A stretch of DNA of 44,264 bases from Clostridia bacterium (GCA_900752095.1 CAADUD010000061.1:1-44264); one strand, 5' to 3'. Positions 1 through 10,472 are shown, counted from the first letter of the stretch. Numbers and translations are program-made. The notes: generated by a model from the sequence alone, not told the origin.

Positions 1-3000
1 ATCTAACTGTTTTTTATCAACCTTTCCATTCAAAGTAATAGGTAATGAATCTAAAAAAACAAAATATTTAGGAATCATATATAAAGGTATATGCTTTTTT
101 AGGTTTTCTCTAATCATAGAAATTTCAATTGGTACATTAGAGGTCAAAAATGCTACCAAATAAGGAGAAGAAGCTTCTTTTTTATAAAGAACAGAACAGG
201 CTGTAATATGTGGTATTTCTAAAATTCTCTTTTCTATTTCAGACAACTCAACACGTAATCCTCTTATTTTTATTTGAAAGTCTTCCCTTCCAATATAATG
301 AATTTCTCCAATTGATGAATAATAACCAATGTCTCCTGTTTTATACAAAGTACCATGACCAAAAGGATTAGAAATAAAACTTTTTTGCGTTAATTGAGGT
401 TGATTAACATATCCTTGAGCTACTCCTTCTCCCGCTACACAAATTTCGCCAGGCACACCAAGTGGACAAAGATTCATATCTTTATCACAAATATAAATAG
501 GCGCATATTCAAATGGAAATCCAATTGTAATATCTTGAGAGTTTATTACCTCTTTGCATGAACAACAAGCAGTAATTTCAGTAGGACCATACGCATTATA
601 AATATAAGCCTTTGTAAGCTTAGAAAGACGTTCATATAGTTCTGCCGTAAAGACCTCGCCTCCAAGTTGGATTACTTTTAAATTGTTTAAACATTTTTCA
701 GTAATAGGATTAGTACAAAGTAAATCAATTCTACTTGGAGTTGTTAAAATAAAATCAATGTGATATTTTTCTATAATTTTAGCCATAATCATAGGAATTT
801 TTTGTTCGTCTTCATTTGTTAAAACAAGAGTTTTACCTGACAATAGAGGAACAAAAGTTTCTACCATAAACATATCAAAAGCAATGGTACTAATACTAAT
901 GAAATTCTCGCATTCATTGGTATGCATTTTTAACTGATGATTTCTAAGTAAATTCATAACGCCTTTTCTTTTTAACATAACTCCTTTAGGCATACCAGTA
1001 GAACCAGAAGTATAGATAACGCTAAATAAGTCTTCTAGATGATAAGAAATAGAAGGATTTTGATTAGAATATTTTTCAAAATCTTCTTCTTCAATATAAC
1101 ATTGATTAGTAAAGGTAACATTTTTAACATCTTTACAAGTGAAAAGCAAAGGTGATGAACTATTTTTTAGCATATATTTAATTCTATCATCTGGCAAATT
1201 GGAGTCAATTAACATATAGGCACATCCTGCTTTTAAAATACCAAGCATAAAAATGATTAAATTTTGTGAACGAGGTAATAAAATACCAATAATAGAATTT
1301 TTTGCAATATTCTTATGTAGTAAATAATTCGCTATTTGGTTTGCCTTTTGATTAATTTCTGCATAAGAAAATTCCTTATCTTCAAATATTATGGCAGTTT
1401 TAGCAGCATGTTGTTTAGCTTGTTCTTCCCATAATTCTATTACTTGTTTATCTTTTAATAAATTTGATTGTGAAGCATTAAAGTTATATAAGATATCGTT
1501 TTTCTCCTTTAAAGTAAGAATAGATACTTGAGAAATAGTTGTCTCCGGGTTCTCTAATATATTATGAATTAATTCAAAATAATGCATTAAAAAACTCTCC
1601 ATAAAGTCTTGTGTGTATAAATTTTTATTATATTCCAAGTGAACAGTAAATTGTTCTGTATCGGGAAGAATCTCTAATGTGAAATCAAATTTAGAGATAG
1701 TAGAATGAGGCAAATAATAAGAGGCATTTAAATTTCCTAATTGTATTTGCTTCATTCCATCATTTTGATACACAAACATGGTATCAAATAGTGGATTTCT
1801 ACTGGTGTCCATTGACCAATTTAATTTTTTCACTAATTCATCGAATGGATAAAAATCATTTTTAAAAGCGTCAAAACAATTTTGCATAACCTTATTTATG
1901 AACTGGAGAACCGTTTCATTAGGATCAATTTTTTCACGTAGAGCTAAACTATTAACAAACATACCAATAATTTGACGTAATTCTTTATGAGGTCTTCCAG
2001 CTACAGGGGTTCCAACTACAATATCTTTTTGACCAGTATATTTATATAGTAAAATATAATAAGCTGCTAAAAAGAACAAGTAAGGTGTAATATGAAATTG
2101 ATGGCATAAATCATAAATTGATTTAGATTGCTCTATCTTTGAAGTAAGTTTATTACCTTCAAAAGTCAGAGAAGTAGGTCTATCAAAATTTGTTGGCATG
2201 TTTAAAACAGGAATTTCATTTTGAAATTGAGAAATCCAGTAATTTTCCATATCTTTATACTCAGAGGAACTGACTTTTTCTTGCTCCCAATAGGTATAAT
2301 CTTTATAATCAATTGTTGATTCTGGCAAGGAATTTCCCTTATATAATTCGCATAATTCGTGCAAAAATAAACCTATGGACTCTCCATCGCATATAATATG
2401 ATGAAAATCTAGTAATAAAATAGAACGTCCATCCTGCAATAAAACAAGCATACTTCTAAATAAAGGAGCATTTGCCAAATCAAAAGGCTGAATAAAATCT
2501 GTAAATAAGTCTTCTATTTTTGCACTAGAATCATGAATTACTTTTAAATGATAAGTAAAAGGTTCTAATATCTTTTGTTTTAATTCTTGGTCTTCGATGA
2601 CAAAATAAGTACGTAAAGACTCATGACGTTTAATTAGAGATTGAAAACATTTTTCTAATTTTTCAATATTAGGATAACCATTAAAGAGTAATCCACCAGG
2701 AGTATTATAAGTAATAGAATTATTTCCTTCTTTTTTTACAGTATAATAAATACGCTTTTGAGCAGAACTAGCGATATAAGAAGATTGCTTTTTTATTTTT
2801 TTAATATGTTCTACTACATCTTCTAAATGGAGAGAACTGATATATTCTGCCAATAACTGAATAGTAGGATAAGAAAAAATATCTTTCATTTGTACTCTTA
2901 CATGAAATGTATAATAAAGTTCAGAAGTAAGACGAATAGCAGCAAGAGAATCTCCACCCAAGTCAAAGAAATTATTGGTAATACCTATTTTATTTAAATG

Positions 3001-5886
3001 TAAAACAGATTTCCATAAGTCAACCAATTTTTTCTCCATTTCTGTGGTAGGAGCTACATAAGTTGTTTCTATTTCTATTTCAGGCAAATTCTTTGTATCT
3101 ATTTTTCCATTTAGAGTTAATGCAAATTTGTCTAATGGTATAAAGTGAGAAGGAACCATGTAATAAGGGAGTTTTTCAGCAACATAATTTTTTAAGCTAG
3201 CTAAATCGATAGAATCTCCTACAAAATAACAACAAATAGTATCAACTTGGTTTACCTTTTTCACAAGAGCAACACATTCACGAATACCTGTAAAATGTTG
3301 AACTACCTTATTAATTTCTTCTAATTCAATACGTAATCCTCTTATTTTAACTTGTGAATCATCTCTGCCAATGTAGGTAATTTCACCATTAGGTAAAAAT
3401 TTGGCTAAATCACCAGTTTTGTACATTAACCCATCTCCAAAAGGATTTTTAATGAAATTTTTGGAAGTTAAATCAGGTTGATTCACATAACCATATGAAA
3501 CACCATCTCCAGCTATACATAATTCTCCAACAGCATGAATAGGACATAAGTTATTCCATTGATTACAAATATAAACTTGAACATTAGGAAGTGGTCTACC
3601 AATGGTAATATTGTCACTGGAGGTAACTAATTTACAAGTAGCACAAGAAGTAGTTTCAGAAGGACCATAACCATTATAAATTTTACCATTCGTGTATTGA
3701 ACTAACTTATTATAAAACTGAGGATTTAAAACTTCGCCACCCAATTGAATTGCTTTTATATTTTTTAAACAACTAGCAGTATTAGAATTGAAAAGTAATA
3801 AGTTCATTTTAGAAGAAGTAATCAACATAAATTCTACTTGTTCTTTTTCGATTAATTGAGACATAAAAATAGGATTTTTACTTTCTTCTTCATTTGCTAA
3901 AATTAAAGTTTTGCCTAATAAAAGTGGAATCCAAACTTCAGCGGCAAACATGTCAAAAGAAACTGAACAAGAACTTAAAAAGCAAGAAAATGTATCAGCT
4001 TTCATAGAATAACAATAACCTAATACTAAATTAAGAAGACTAGAATTTTTTAATAAAATTCCTTTTGGTGCACCTGTGGAGCCAGAAGTGTAGACAATAG
4101 ATAAAGCGTGTTCAGGTGCGTAAGGAAGACACAAATTGTGAGAAAATTCATCTAAAGCAGGGACATCCTCTATAAAAATAGCATTTTCAAATTTTGTACT
4201 ATGAGGCGAATGGGAAGTAATTACACAGGAAACATCAGCATTTGCTAACATGTATTGAATGCGTTCTTCTGGTAAAGTATTTTCTATTAATAAATAAGCA
4301 CAATCAGCTTTTTTTATTGCCAACATGGCTACAATCAACTCTGCACACTTTGGAAGATAGATAGCAATTTTACTATTAGAAGGAATAGCTAGTTTTCTTA
4401 AAAAATGAGCTAACTGGTTTGCCTTTTTATTTAATTCCTCATAAGTAAATTTAGAGTTTTCAAAAATAAGAGCATTTTCATTAGGTTGATTCTTAGCATA
4501 TTCTTCAAATACTTGCATAAAGTTTTGATTTTTATCATAAGAAACATTGGTATGATTAAACTCGCATAAAATTTTTTGTTTTTCTTCAGATGCTACTATT
4601 TCAATGTCTTGTAATAAAATTTTAGACTCATGGATTACTTGCTTAACAATATTTAATATACGTTCATGTAAAGCAATAATTTCTTCCTTTGTAAGTTCAG
4701 AAATTTTATAATCATAATAAATATCAAATTTTCCAGTATGATCCATGTCATAAAAGTGAATCTCTAAGGTGTCTGTAATGGTTCCATTAAATAACCATTC
4801 AGAAGAATAGTTGACATCACTATTACTCCTATCATCATGTGCATTTTGATAAGAAAGTACAATATTATATAAATTTTGTGTGTAATTATATTTTTTCTTT
4901 AATTCTTCTAATAAAAGAGAATATGGGTATTTTTGATGTCTATAAATAGACATTTGCAATTCAACTATATTTTTCAAGAAGTCTACAAAAGTAAGATTTG
5001 GTAGAACATCTGCTTTAAAAGGTACTGTACTAATAAACATACCAGCAGTATTTTTTTCTCTAAAGTTAGAACGGTTTAAAACAGGTGTACCAATAATAGG
5101 GGATTCAATGTTATTTATTTTTGCAAGATAAATGAAAAAGATGGACATAAAAAATACATAAATAGAGCAGTGATTTTGAGCGCAAAAATCTAAAATCTGT
5201 TGATAAAGTTTTTCTTCTAAATGAAAAACTTGTCTAACAGCTGTAAAATCAGTAGTAATAGGTTGATAAGATATTTTAGCTAATTCAGGAGTTTTTGGAA
5301 AAAATTGTTCCCAGAATTCTTGATCCTTTTGAAATTTTTTAGAATCAAGATAATCTTTTTCAGTAGTAATATAATCTACATAAGATGGGTTAAGAGATTT
5401 ATCAATTGCTTTTTGATTAATAAGACTAGAATATAAATTCATTACTTCGTTAATAAATAAGCTCATTGTCCATGCATCGGCAATGATATGATGGAAGGTA
5501 ACATTTAAACCTCCAGATGAATCTGGAGATTGAAATAAAGTAAAAGAGAACAAATTAGAATCAATCAGTGTAAAATGTTTTTTTACAATAGATTGATTAA
5601 AGTCTACAAGATCTTCTTTACTTTTTAATGAAACTAATTCAATAGAGAATGGTTCATAAGGATGAATATATTGTTTAGGAACTTGATTCTCAATTGCGAT
5701 TCTGGTTCTGATAGAATCATTTTTTTCTACATAAATGTTAAGAGCCTTTTCCAAACAATCAAAATGAACTTTTTCGTGTATAATAATATTTCCACTGACA
5801 TTATTAATATTGGAATTAGAAGAATATTCTTCTGTCAAATAAATTGCTTTTTGTGGATTGGTCAAGGAATATAATTTTTTCTCCAT
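1..5886 (-). CDS. Non-ribosomal peptide synthetase, N-terminal ~1962 codons (C-A-T-C-A...), continues past the left edge
   Basis: Absent from ORF track (no stop inside window). Reverse strand is open in one frame from ATG (rc of cat 5884-5886, aaagggg RBS-like 9 nt upstream; MEKKLYSLTNPQKAIYLTEEY) to base 1. Same frame holds C-domain VTFHHIIADAW (5470-5502), A core VYTSGSTGAPKGI (4057-4095), carrier FFDLGGDSLA (2941-2970), second C DFHHIICDGE (~2381-2409), second A core IYTSGSTGMPKGV (979-1017), A10-like LNGKVDKKQLD (1-33). Confidence 0.9.
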   Translation of the reverse strand, partial: MEKKLYSLTNPQKAIYLTEEYSSNSNINNVSGNIIIHEKVHFDCLEKALNIYVEKNDSIRTRIAIENQVPKQYIHPYEPFSIELVSLKSKEDLVDFNQSIVKKHFTLIDSNLFSFTLFQSPDSSGGLNVTFHHIIADAWTMSLFINEVMNLYSSLINQKAIDKSLNPSYVDYITTEKDYLDSKKFQKDQEFWEQFFPKTPELAKISYQPITTDFTAVRQVFHLEEKLYQQILDFCAQNHCSIYVFFMSIFFIYLAKINNIESPIIGTPVLNRSNFREKNTAGMFISTVPFKADVLPNLTFVDFLKNIVELQMSIYRHQKYPYSLLLEELKKKYNYTQNLYNIVLSYQNAHDDRSNSDVNYSSEWLFNGTITDTLEIHFYDMDHTGKFDIYYDYKISELTKEEIIALHERILNIVKQVIHESKILLQDIEIVASEEKQKILCEFNHTNVSYDKNQNFMQVFEEYAKNQPNENALIFENSKFTYEELNKKANQLAHFLRKLAIPSNSKIAIYLPKCAELIVAMLAIKKADCAYLLIENTLPEERIQYMLANADVSCVITSHSPHSTKFENAIFIEDVPALDEFSHNLCLPYAPEHALSIVYTSGSTGAPKGILLKNSSLLNLVLGYCYSMKADTFSCFLSSCSVSFDMFAAEVWIPLLLGKTLILANEEESKNPIFMSQLIEKEQVEFMLITSSKMNLLLFNSNTASCLKNIKAIQLGGEVLNPQFYNKLVQYTNGKIYNGYGPSETTSCATCKLVTSSDNITIGRPLPNVQVYICNQWNNLCPIHAVGELCIAGDGVSYGYVNQPDLTSKNFIKNPFGDGLMYKTGDLAKFLPNGEITYIGRDDSQVKIRGLRIELEEINKVVQHFTGIRECVALVKKVNQVDTICCYFVGDSIDLASLKNYVAEKLPYYMVPSHFIPLDKFALTLNGKIDTKNLPEIEIETTYVAPTTEMEKKLVDLWKSVLHLNKIGITNNFFDLGGDSLAAIRLTSELYYTFHVRVQMKDIFSYPTIQLLAEYISSLHLEDVVEHIKKIKKQSSYIASSAQKRIYYTVKKEGNNSITYNTPGGLLFNGYPNIEKLEKCFQSLIKRHESLRTYFVIEDQELKQKILEPFTYHLKVIHDSSAKIEDLFTDFIQPFDLANAPLFRSMLVLLQDGRSILLLDFHHIICDGESIGLFLHELCELYKGNSLPESTIDYKDYTYWEQEKVSSSEYKDMENYWISQFQNEIPVLNMPTNFDRPTSLTFEGNKLTSKIEQSKSIYDLCHQFHITPYLFFLAAYYILLYKYTGQKDIVVGTPVAGRPHKELRQIIGMFVNSLALREKIDPNETVLQFINKVMQNCFDAFKNDFYPFDELVKKLNWSMDTSRNPLFDTMFVYQNDGMKQIQLGNLNASYYLPHSTISKFDFTLEILPDTEQFTVHLEYNKNLYTQDFMESFLMHYFELIHNILENPETTISQVSILTLKEKNDILYNFNASQSNLLKDKQVIELWEEQAKQHAAKTAIIFEDKEFSYAEINQKANQIANYLLHKNIAKNSIIGILLPRSQNLIIFMLGILKAGCAYMLIDSNLPDDRIKYMLKNSSSPLLFTCKDVKNVTFTNQCYIEEEDFEKYSNQNPSISYHLEDLFSVIYTSGSTGMPKGVMLKRKGVMNLLRNHQLKMHTNECENFISISTIAFDMFMVETFVPLLSGKTLVLTNEDEQKIPMIMAKIIEKYHIDFILTTPSRIDLLCTNPITEKCLNNLKVIQLGGEVFTAELYERLSKLTKAYIYNAYGPTEITACCSCKEVINSQDITIGFPFEYAPIYICDKDMNLCPLGVPGEICVAGEGVAQGYVNQPQLTQKSFISNPFGHGTLYKTGDIGYYSSIGEIHYIGREDFQIKIRGLRVELSEIEKRILEIPHITACSVLYKKEASSPYLVAFLTSNVPIEISMIRENLKKHIPLYMIPKYFVFLDSLPITLNGKVDKKQLD

Positions 5887-6068
5887 GGTATATTACCCCT
5901 TTAGATAAATATTTTTCTTTTTATTTTTATCTTTCGTAACCAAAAATACTACAATATTATTTCCTTTTGTACAATTTTAAATGAACTATTAAAATTATAT
6001 ACTACAATAATAGAAAAATCAATGAAAATCTTGATAAAAAATTCCTTTTATTGTAAAATAAAGGTGAA

Positions 6069-6116
6069 ATTTGCTTTAAAATGCTCCTCGATTACTCGAA
6101 ATGCGGATAGGTATTA
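6069..6116 (+). repeat. 48-bp direct repeat, copy 1, in NRPS / acyl-CoA ligase intergenic region
   Basis: atttgctttaaaatgctcctcgattactcgaaatgcggataggtatta; 46/48 identical to 6223-6270, same orientation. Confidence 0.85.
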
Positions 6117-6222
6117 GATTTTAAAATAAATATTGGTTAATATAATACCTTTTCTTTTTCTCGTAAGCTCGTCGCATAGACTTGTGAATTAAGGTGCACT
6201 TTCTTTTAAGAGTAATGCAATT

Positions 6223-6270
6223 ATTTGCTTTAAAATGCTCCTCAATTACTCGAAATGCGAATAGGTATTA
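6223..6270 (+). repeat. 48-bp direct repeat, copy 2
   Basis: atttgctttaaaatgctcctcaattactcgaaatgcgaataggtatta; differs from copy 1 at two positions (g/a, g/a). A degenerate partial copy lies between them (~6160-6215). Confidence 0.85.
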
Positions 6271-6380
6271 TATTAACTAATAGAAAAATAAAAGATAAAT
6301 AATAATTATAAAATATAAATAAGGTTTATAGATAAATCCTAATTTAAAAATCTAAATTTATGAAAAAAGGGAAGATGTGA

Positions 6381-8114
6381 ATGAAAAAAAAGAAAAGTAG
6401 GGTTGTGTATGAAGCGGAAGAGGTGAGAGATTTTAGGGAGTTAATTAGAAGAACAGCTGCTAAATATCCGGATCAAATTGCTTATAAATATAAAATACGT
6501 AAAGGAATAGAAAAACCTGAATATGTGAATAAAACTTATTCTCAATTCCAAAAAGATATAGAAGGTTTGAGTACAGGACTACTTTCTATGGGATTAAAGG
6601 GGAAAAAGATAGCAGTAATAGGAAATAATCGCTATGAATGGTGTACTACTTATCTTGCTGTAACTACAGGTGGGATGATTATTGTACCACTAGATAAAGC
6701 TCTTCCAGAAAAAGAAATTGGGTCTTTAATAAAAAGAAGTGGTGCAGAGGCTATTGTTTGTGAACAAAAATATGTAACATCTATTTTAAAAATAAAACAA
6801 GAAGAACAGAGTCAATTGAAATATATTATTTGTATGGATGAAACAGAAGAAAAAGATGTCTTGAATTATCAAGAAGTGTTAAAACAAGGTAGAAAATTAA
6901 TAAATCAGGGAAATCATGAATATGAGGAAGTTGTAATAGACCCTAATGCTATGTCCATTATCCTATATACTTCAGGAACTACTAGCCTTTCTAAAGGAGT
7001 TATGCTTTCACAACATAATATATGTGCTAATATTCAAGCAATCGCAAGTTATGTACATATGTCTACAGATGACACTTTACTTTCATTTTTACCAATTCAC
7101 CATACTTTTGAATGTACTATTACCTTCCTTTATGGCATTTATTTTGGTGTTACAGTTGCCTTTTGTGATGGATTAAAATATATTCAAAAAAATATGAATG
7201 AATATCATATTACTGTTTTTGTATCTGTACCTTTGGTATTAGAAAATATTCATAAAAAAGTATGGAAAAGCATAGAAGAAAAGGGCAAAAAGCCACTTAT
7301 GAAAACAATGGTAGCTATTACTAAAGCATTAGCTAAAATCAAAATTGATGTAAGAAGAAAAGCTTTTAAACCTATATTAGATCAATTTGGAGGAAAACTA
7401 AGAGTTGTTTTTGTTGGGGCAGCTCCTTTAGATAAAAAAATCATACATGGATTTAATGATTTTGGTGTAGAACTAGTACAAGGGTATGGACTAACAGAAA
7501 CTTCTCCTGTAGTATCTTGTGAAACAGATAAAGAAAAAAGACCGGGCTCTATAGGACTACCACTATATAATTTAGAAGTAAAAATTCAAAACCCAGATGA
7601 AGATGGCGTTGGAGAAATTTTAGTAAAGGGACCTAGTGTTATGCTTGGTTATTATGAAAATGAAGAAGCAAACAAGAAAGCTTTTACAGATGGATGGTTT
7701 TGTACAGGAGATTATGGTTATTTAGATAAAGATGGGTTTTTATATATTTGCGGTAGAAAAAATGATGTTATAGTTTTAAAAAATGGAAAAAATATTTATC
7801 CACAAGAATTAGAAACTTTATTAAATCAATTGCCAACTGTATTAGAAAGTATGGTATATTCGAGGGATAAAAGTTCTATGGATACTACTCTTTGTGCTAA
7901 AATTGTGTATGATAAAGAGCATATAGAAGAACTTTATGGAAAGAAGACATTAGAAGAAATAAAAGATATTATTTGGCAACAAGTAAAAGAAGTTAATCAA
8001 ACTTTGCCAGATGTAAAACACATCAAAGAGATTTTTGTAACAGATGAGCCATTAGCAAAAACGACAACACAAAAAGTAAAAAGATATGAGGAAATGAAAA
8101 AAACAACATTTTAA
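6381..8114 (+). CDS. Long-chain fatty-acid-CoA ligase (AMP-dependent synthetase/ligase family)
   Basis: 577 aa; AMP-binding motifs YTSGTTSLSKGVMLSQHN, GYGLTET, TGDYGYLDKDGFLYICGRKNDVIVLKNGKNIYPQELE; RBS gggaag upstream. Confidence 0.85.
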   Translation: MKKKKSRVVYEAEEVRDFRELIRRTAAKYPDQIAYKYKIRKGIEKPEYVNKTYSQFQKDIEGLSTGLLSMGLKGKKIAVIGNNRYEWCTTYLAVTTGGMIIVPLDKALPEKEIGSLIKRSGAEAIVCEQKYVTSILKIKQEEQSQLKYIICMDETEEKDVLNYQEVLKQGRKLINQGNHEYEEVVIDPNAMSIILYTSGTTSLSKGVMLSQHNICANIQAIASYVHMSTDDTLLSFLPIHHTFECTITFLYGIYFGVTVAFCDGLKYIQKNMNEYHITVFVSVPLVLENIHKKVWKSIEEKGKKPLMKTMVAITKALAKIKIDVRRKAFKPILDQFGGKLRVVFVGAAPLDKKIIHGFNDFGVELVQGYGLTETSPVVSCETDKEKRPGSIGLPLYNLEVKIQNPDEDGVGEILVKGPSVMLGYYENEEANKKAFTDGWFCTGDYGYLDKDGFLYICGRKNDVIVLKNGKNIYPQELETLLNQLPTVLESMVYSRDKSSMDTTLCAKIVYDKEHIEELYGKKTLEEIKDIIWQQVKEVNQTLPDVKHIKEIFVTDEPLAKTTTQKVKRYEEMKKTTF

Positions 8115-8442
8115 ATTATTGCTAAAATTAAAAAATTTTCTTAAAGTATTAGAATTGCTTTTCCAATTTTTAAATCTTTTCCACTTTTGGGTATCTGTAA
8201 CTTAGCATAAATGCTTCAAACAGCTGTCACAATGTTCATCCACGCAAGGCTTTAAAAATTTCAAAAGGAAATACAGCACTTTTAACTAAAAAATAAAATT
8301 AAAAATGATTAAATTTAGAAAAAATAGGAAAAAATAATAAAGGAAGGGAGTAAGACTTTTCCTTTATTATTTTTATTATAAGTTACAAGATTAGAGAATA
8401 ATATAAAAAATTATCTATAAAATAGGAAAAGTTGAAAAACGT

Positions 8443-9588
8443 ATGGAAGAATATTTAAAAAGAGAAAAGAGAAAAAGAATAAAAAAATATTGTATTGGTG
8501 TTATTATTAGCATTTTGTTAGTGATTATTTTAGCTCTTACTTATTTAGTCTATTTTCAAATAGATATTACTACTACTCCAACTAATTTATCTGAGCAAAC
8601 AACAGATGTAACAAGGCTTTCACAAACAGTAGAACAAGTAGAAAAACGAGATAAAACAATTACAGAAGTAATAGAACAAGTAAATGAAGCTATTGTGGGA
8701 ATTTCTAAATTAAAAAATAGTGGCAGCACCATTTTTTTAGAAGATAGTACATCAGAATTAGGTCTAGGTACAGGAATGATTGTTTCAGAAAATGGATATA
8801 TTTTAACGAATGAGCATGTTTCTGGAGGGAAATATAGTAATTGTTATGTTACACTTCCTACTGGAAAAAGTTATCAAGGAAATGTGGTATGGTCAGATTC
8901 TATTTTAGATTTAGCAATAGTTAAAATCAATAGTAAAAACTTGCCTTTTGTAACTTTAGGAGACTCATCTAATGTAAAAGTAGGACAAAGTGTTTATGCA
9001 ATTGGAAATCCTATAGGTTTTGAATTTCAAAGGACTGTAACCTCAGGAATTATTAGTGCGGTAGATCGTACTATTCTACTAGAAGAAGGGGAAAGTACTT
9101 CTTATATGGAAGATTTAATACAAACAGATGCTACGATTAACCCGGGAAATAGTGGAGGTCCTTTGATTAATAATCAAGGAGAAGTAATTGGAATTAATAG
9201 TATTAAAATTACTTCAGCAGAAGGCATAGGATTTGCTATTCCTATTAACACGGCAAAAAATATTATCCAAAGTTTTATTACAACTGGTAAGTTCGAAGAA
9301 GCATATTTGGGAATATTTGCTTATGATAAAAATATTATTCCTTATTTAGATAGTAATTTAAATTTAGAAAATGGTATTTATGTAGTACAAGTAAATTTCA
9401 ATTCCCCAGCAGCACGTTATGGAATACAAGAAAAAGACGTATTATTAGAAATTGACGGAATTTCTTTAAATAAGATGTGTGATTTAAGATGTTATATTTA
9501 TGAAAAAAAGCCGGGCGATACTATAATTTTAAAAGTTTTGAGAAATCATAGAGAAATGAGTATAAAAGTGACGTTGGGAAGAAAATAA
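8443..9588 (+). CDS. htrA: HtrA/DegP-type serine protease (S1C) with N-terminal membrane anchor and C-terminal PDZ domain
   Basis: 381 aa; TM helix CIGVIISILLVIILALTYLVYF; catalytic His (TNEHV), Asp (DLAIVKI), Ser (GNSGGPL); PDZ-like C-terminus. Confidence 0.9.
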   Translation: MEEYLKREKRKRIKKYCIGVIISILLVIILALTYLVYFQIDITTTPTNLSEQTTDVTRLSQTVEQVEKRDKTITEVIEQVNEAIVGISKLKNSGSTIFLEDSTSELGLGTGMIVSENGYILTNEHVSGGKYSNCYVTLPTGKSYQGNVVWSDSILDLAIVKINSKNLPFVTLGDSSNVKVGQSVYAIGNPIGFEFQRTVTSGIISAVDRTILLEEGESTSYMEDLIQTDATINPGNSGGPLINNQGEVIGINSIKITSAEGIGFAIPINTAKNIIQSFITTGKFEEAYLGIFAYDKNIIPYLDSNLNLENGIYVVQVNFNSPAARYGIQEKDVLLEIDGISLNKMCDLRCYIYEKKPGDTIILKVLRNHREMSIKVTLGRK

Positions 9589-9625
9589 GAGTTAATCATA
9601 ATTTAAAGTAAAAGTAAGATTTATG

Positions 9626-9659
9626 TAGGCAAAAGATAGAATGTTTTGCCTACTTTTTT
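9626..9659 (+). terminator. Rho-independent terminator after htrA
   Basis: gtaggcaaaa / ttttgcctac 10-bp stem followed by tttttt. Confidence 0.75.
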
Positions 9660-9827
9660 AATTAGATATTAAAAACATAAGCAATCTTTTCAAAAATGAA
9701 TTATAAGATATAACAAAGAAAGGAAATATTCATATTTAAAAAAATTGTATAAAAAGATAAAGAATATCATCTTTATAGAACATATACTTATATAATTAAA
9801 GTAAACGATATAATTAAGTGGAAAATA

Positions 9828-9856
9828 TTGACATGATTTACAAAATATGTTAATAT
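9828..9856 (+). promoter_or_regulatory. Sigma-A-type promoter upstream of secreted orphan
   Basis: TTGACA (9828-9833), 17-nt spacer, TAATAT (9851-9856). Confidence 0.55.
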
Positions 9857-9921
9857 AAATACAAATATTTTTTATAAAATAAGTGCGAATGTGTAATCTA
9901 TTTATATTTAGGAGGCATAGT

Positions 9922-10392
9922 ATGTATAATAAGTTTAAATCGATTGCGTCTGTCGTTCTGGTGTTCATTATGTTGTTTTGTCTTGGTGTTCCTGCCATGG
10001 CAACAGAACAAACTCTCAATGTAGAAGAACCCGCTATGACGGCTGAACTCGCACAAAATGAGATTCATCTTCTTGTTGTAGATCCGGTGGCAGAGTTTCA
10101 TTATACAGGGAGACTCTCAACGAACAAAGTGCTCGGTACCGTCTATGTTGGAGAAAAATGTAAGACTCTGCGCTGGACTGTAGGTAGAACAGGGAGTTCT
10201 ACAGGTTCTGTAAGATTTGCCCTAACTAATCAGGATACAGGGGACACTAGGCATATTTCTACAACAGCTAACAACACTTTGGAAGGAATTACTTATATTT
10301 CTGCTATGCCTGCTGGAACTTGGAAAATCTCTGTTGATTGGAACAACAATAACTGGCTTTATGATTTGGATTTGTACTTTTATAAAACCTAA
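9922..10392 (+). CDS. Secreted protein of unknown function (156 aa), higher-GC gene
   Basis: ATG at 9922 preceded by aggagg (9911-9916); the track ORF starts earlier at 9883. Signal peptide MYNKFKSIASVVLVFIMLFCLGVPAMA; no motif recognised. 43% GC in hand-counted block 10021-10080. Confidence 0.75.
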   Translation: MYNKFKSIASVVLVFIMLFCLGVPAMATEQTLNVEEPAMTAELAQNEIHLLVVDPVAEFHYTGRLSTNKVLGTVYVGEKCKTLRWTVGRTGSSTGSVRFALTNQDTGDTRHISTTANNTLEGITYISAMPAGTWKISVDWNNNNWLYDLDLYFYKT

Positions 10393-10472
10393 AAAGTAAG
10401 AATCCGCTGGTAGAGCGAACCAACTAATGTAAACACAACTAACTAATTGTTCTGTACATTCGCATCTTATTT

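Noticed and set aside
5662-5874. Track ORF (70 aa, plus strand), and the absence of any other tracked ORF in 1-5661
   Set aside because: It lies antisense to the NRPS frame, which carries multiple in-frame signature motifs. The sequence is low-complexity and no RBS is present.
6081-6264. Mini-ORFs MLLDYSKCG / MLLNYSKCE in the 48-bp repeats, superficially reminiscent of AgrD-type YS(T/K)C autoinducer cores
   Set aside because: Only one residue follows the Cys, so no thiolactone ring or C-terminal tail is possible. The second copy has no proper RBS, both differences are nonsynonymous, and no agrB-like gene is present.
5887-6380. Possible T-box or riboswitch leader upstream of the acyl-CoA ligase
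   Set aside because: No T-box consensus, specifier/antiterminator arrangement or other riboswitch core that I recognise is present.
9690-10101. Minus-strand track ORFs 9690-10019 and 9898-10101
   Set aside because: They overlap the promoter, RBS and signal-peptide region of the plus-strand secreted protein. Their composition is low-complexity and no RBS is present.
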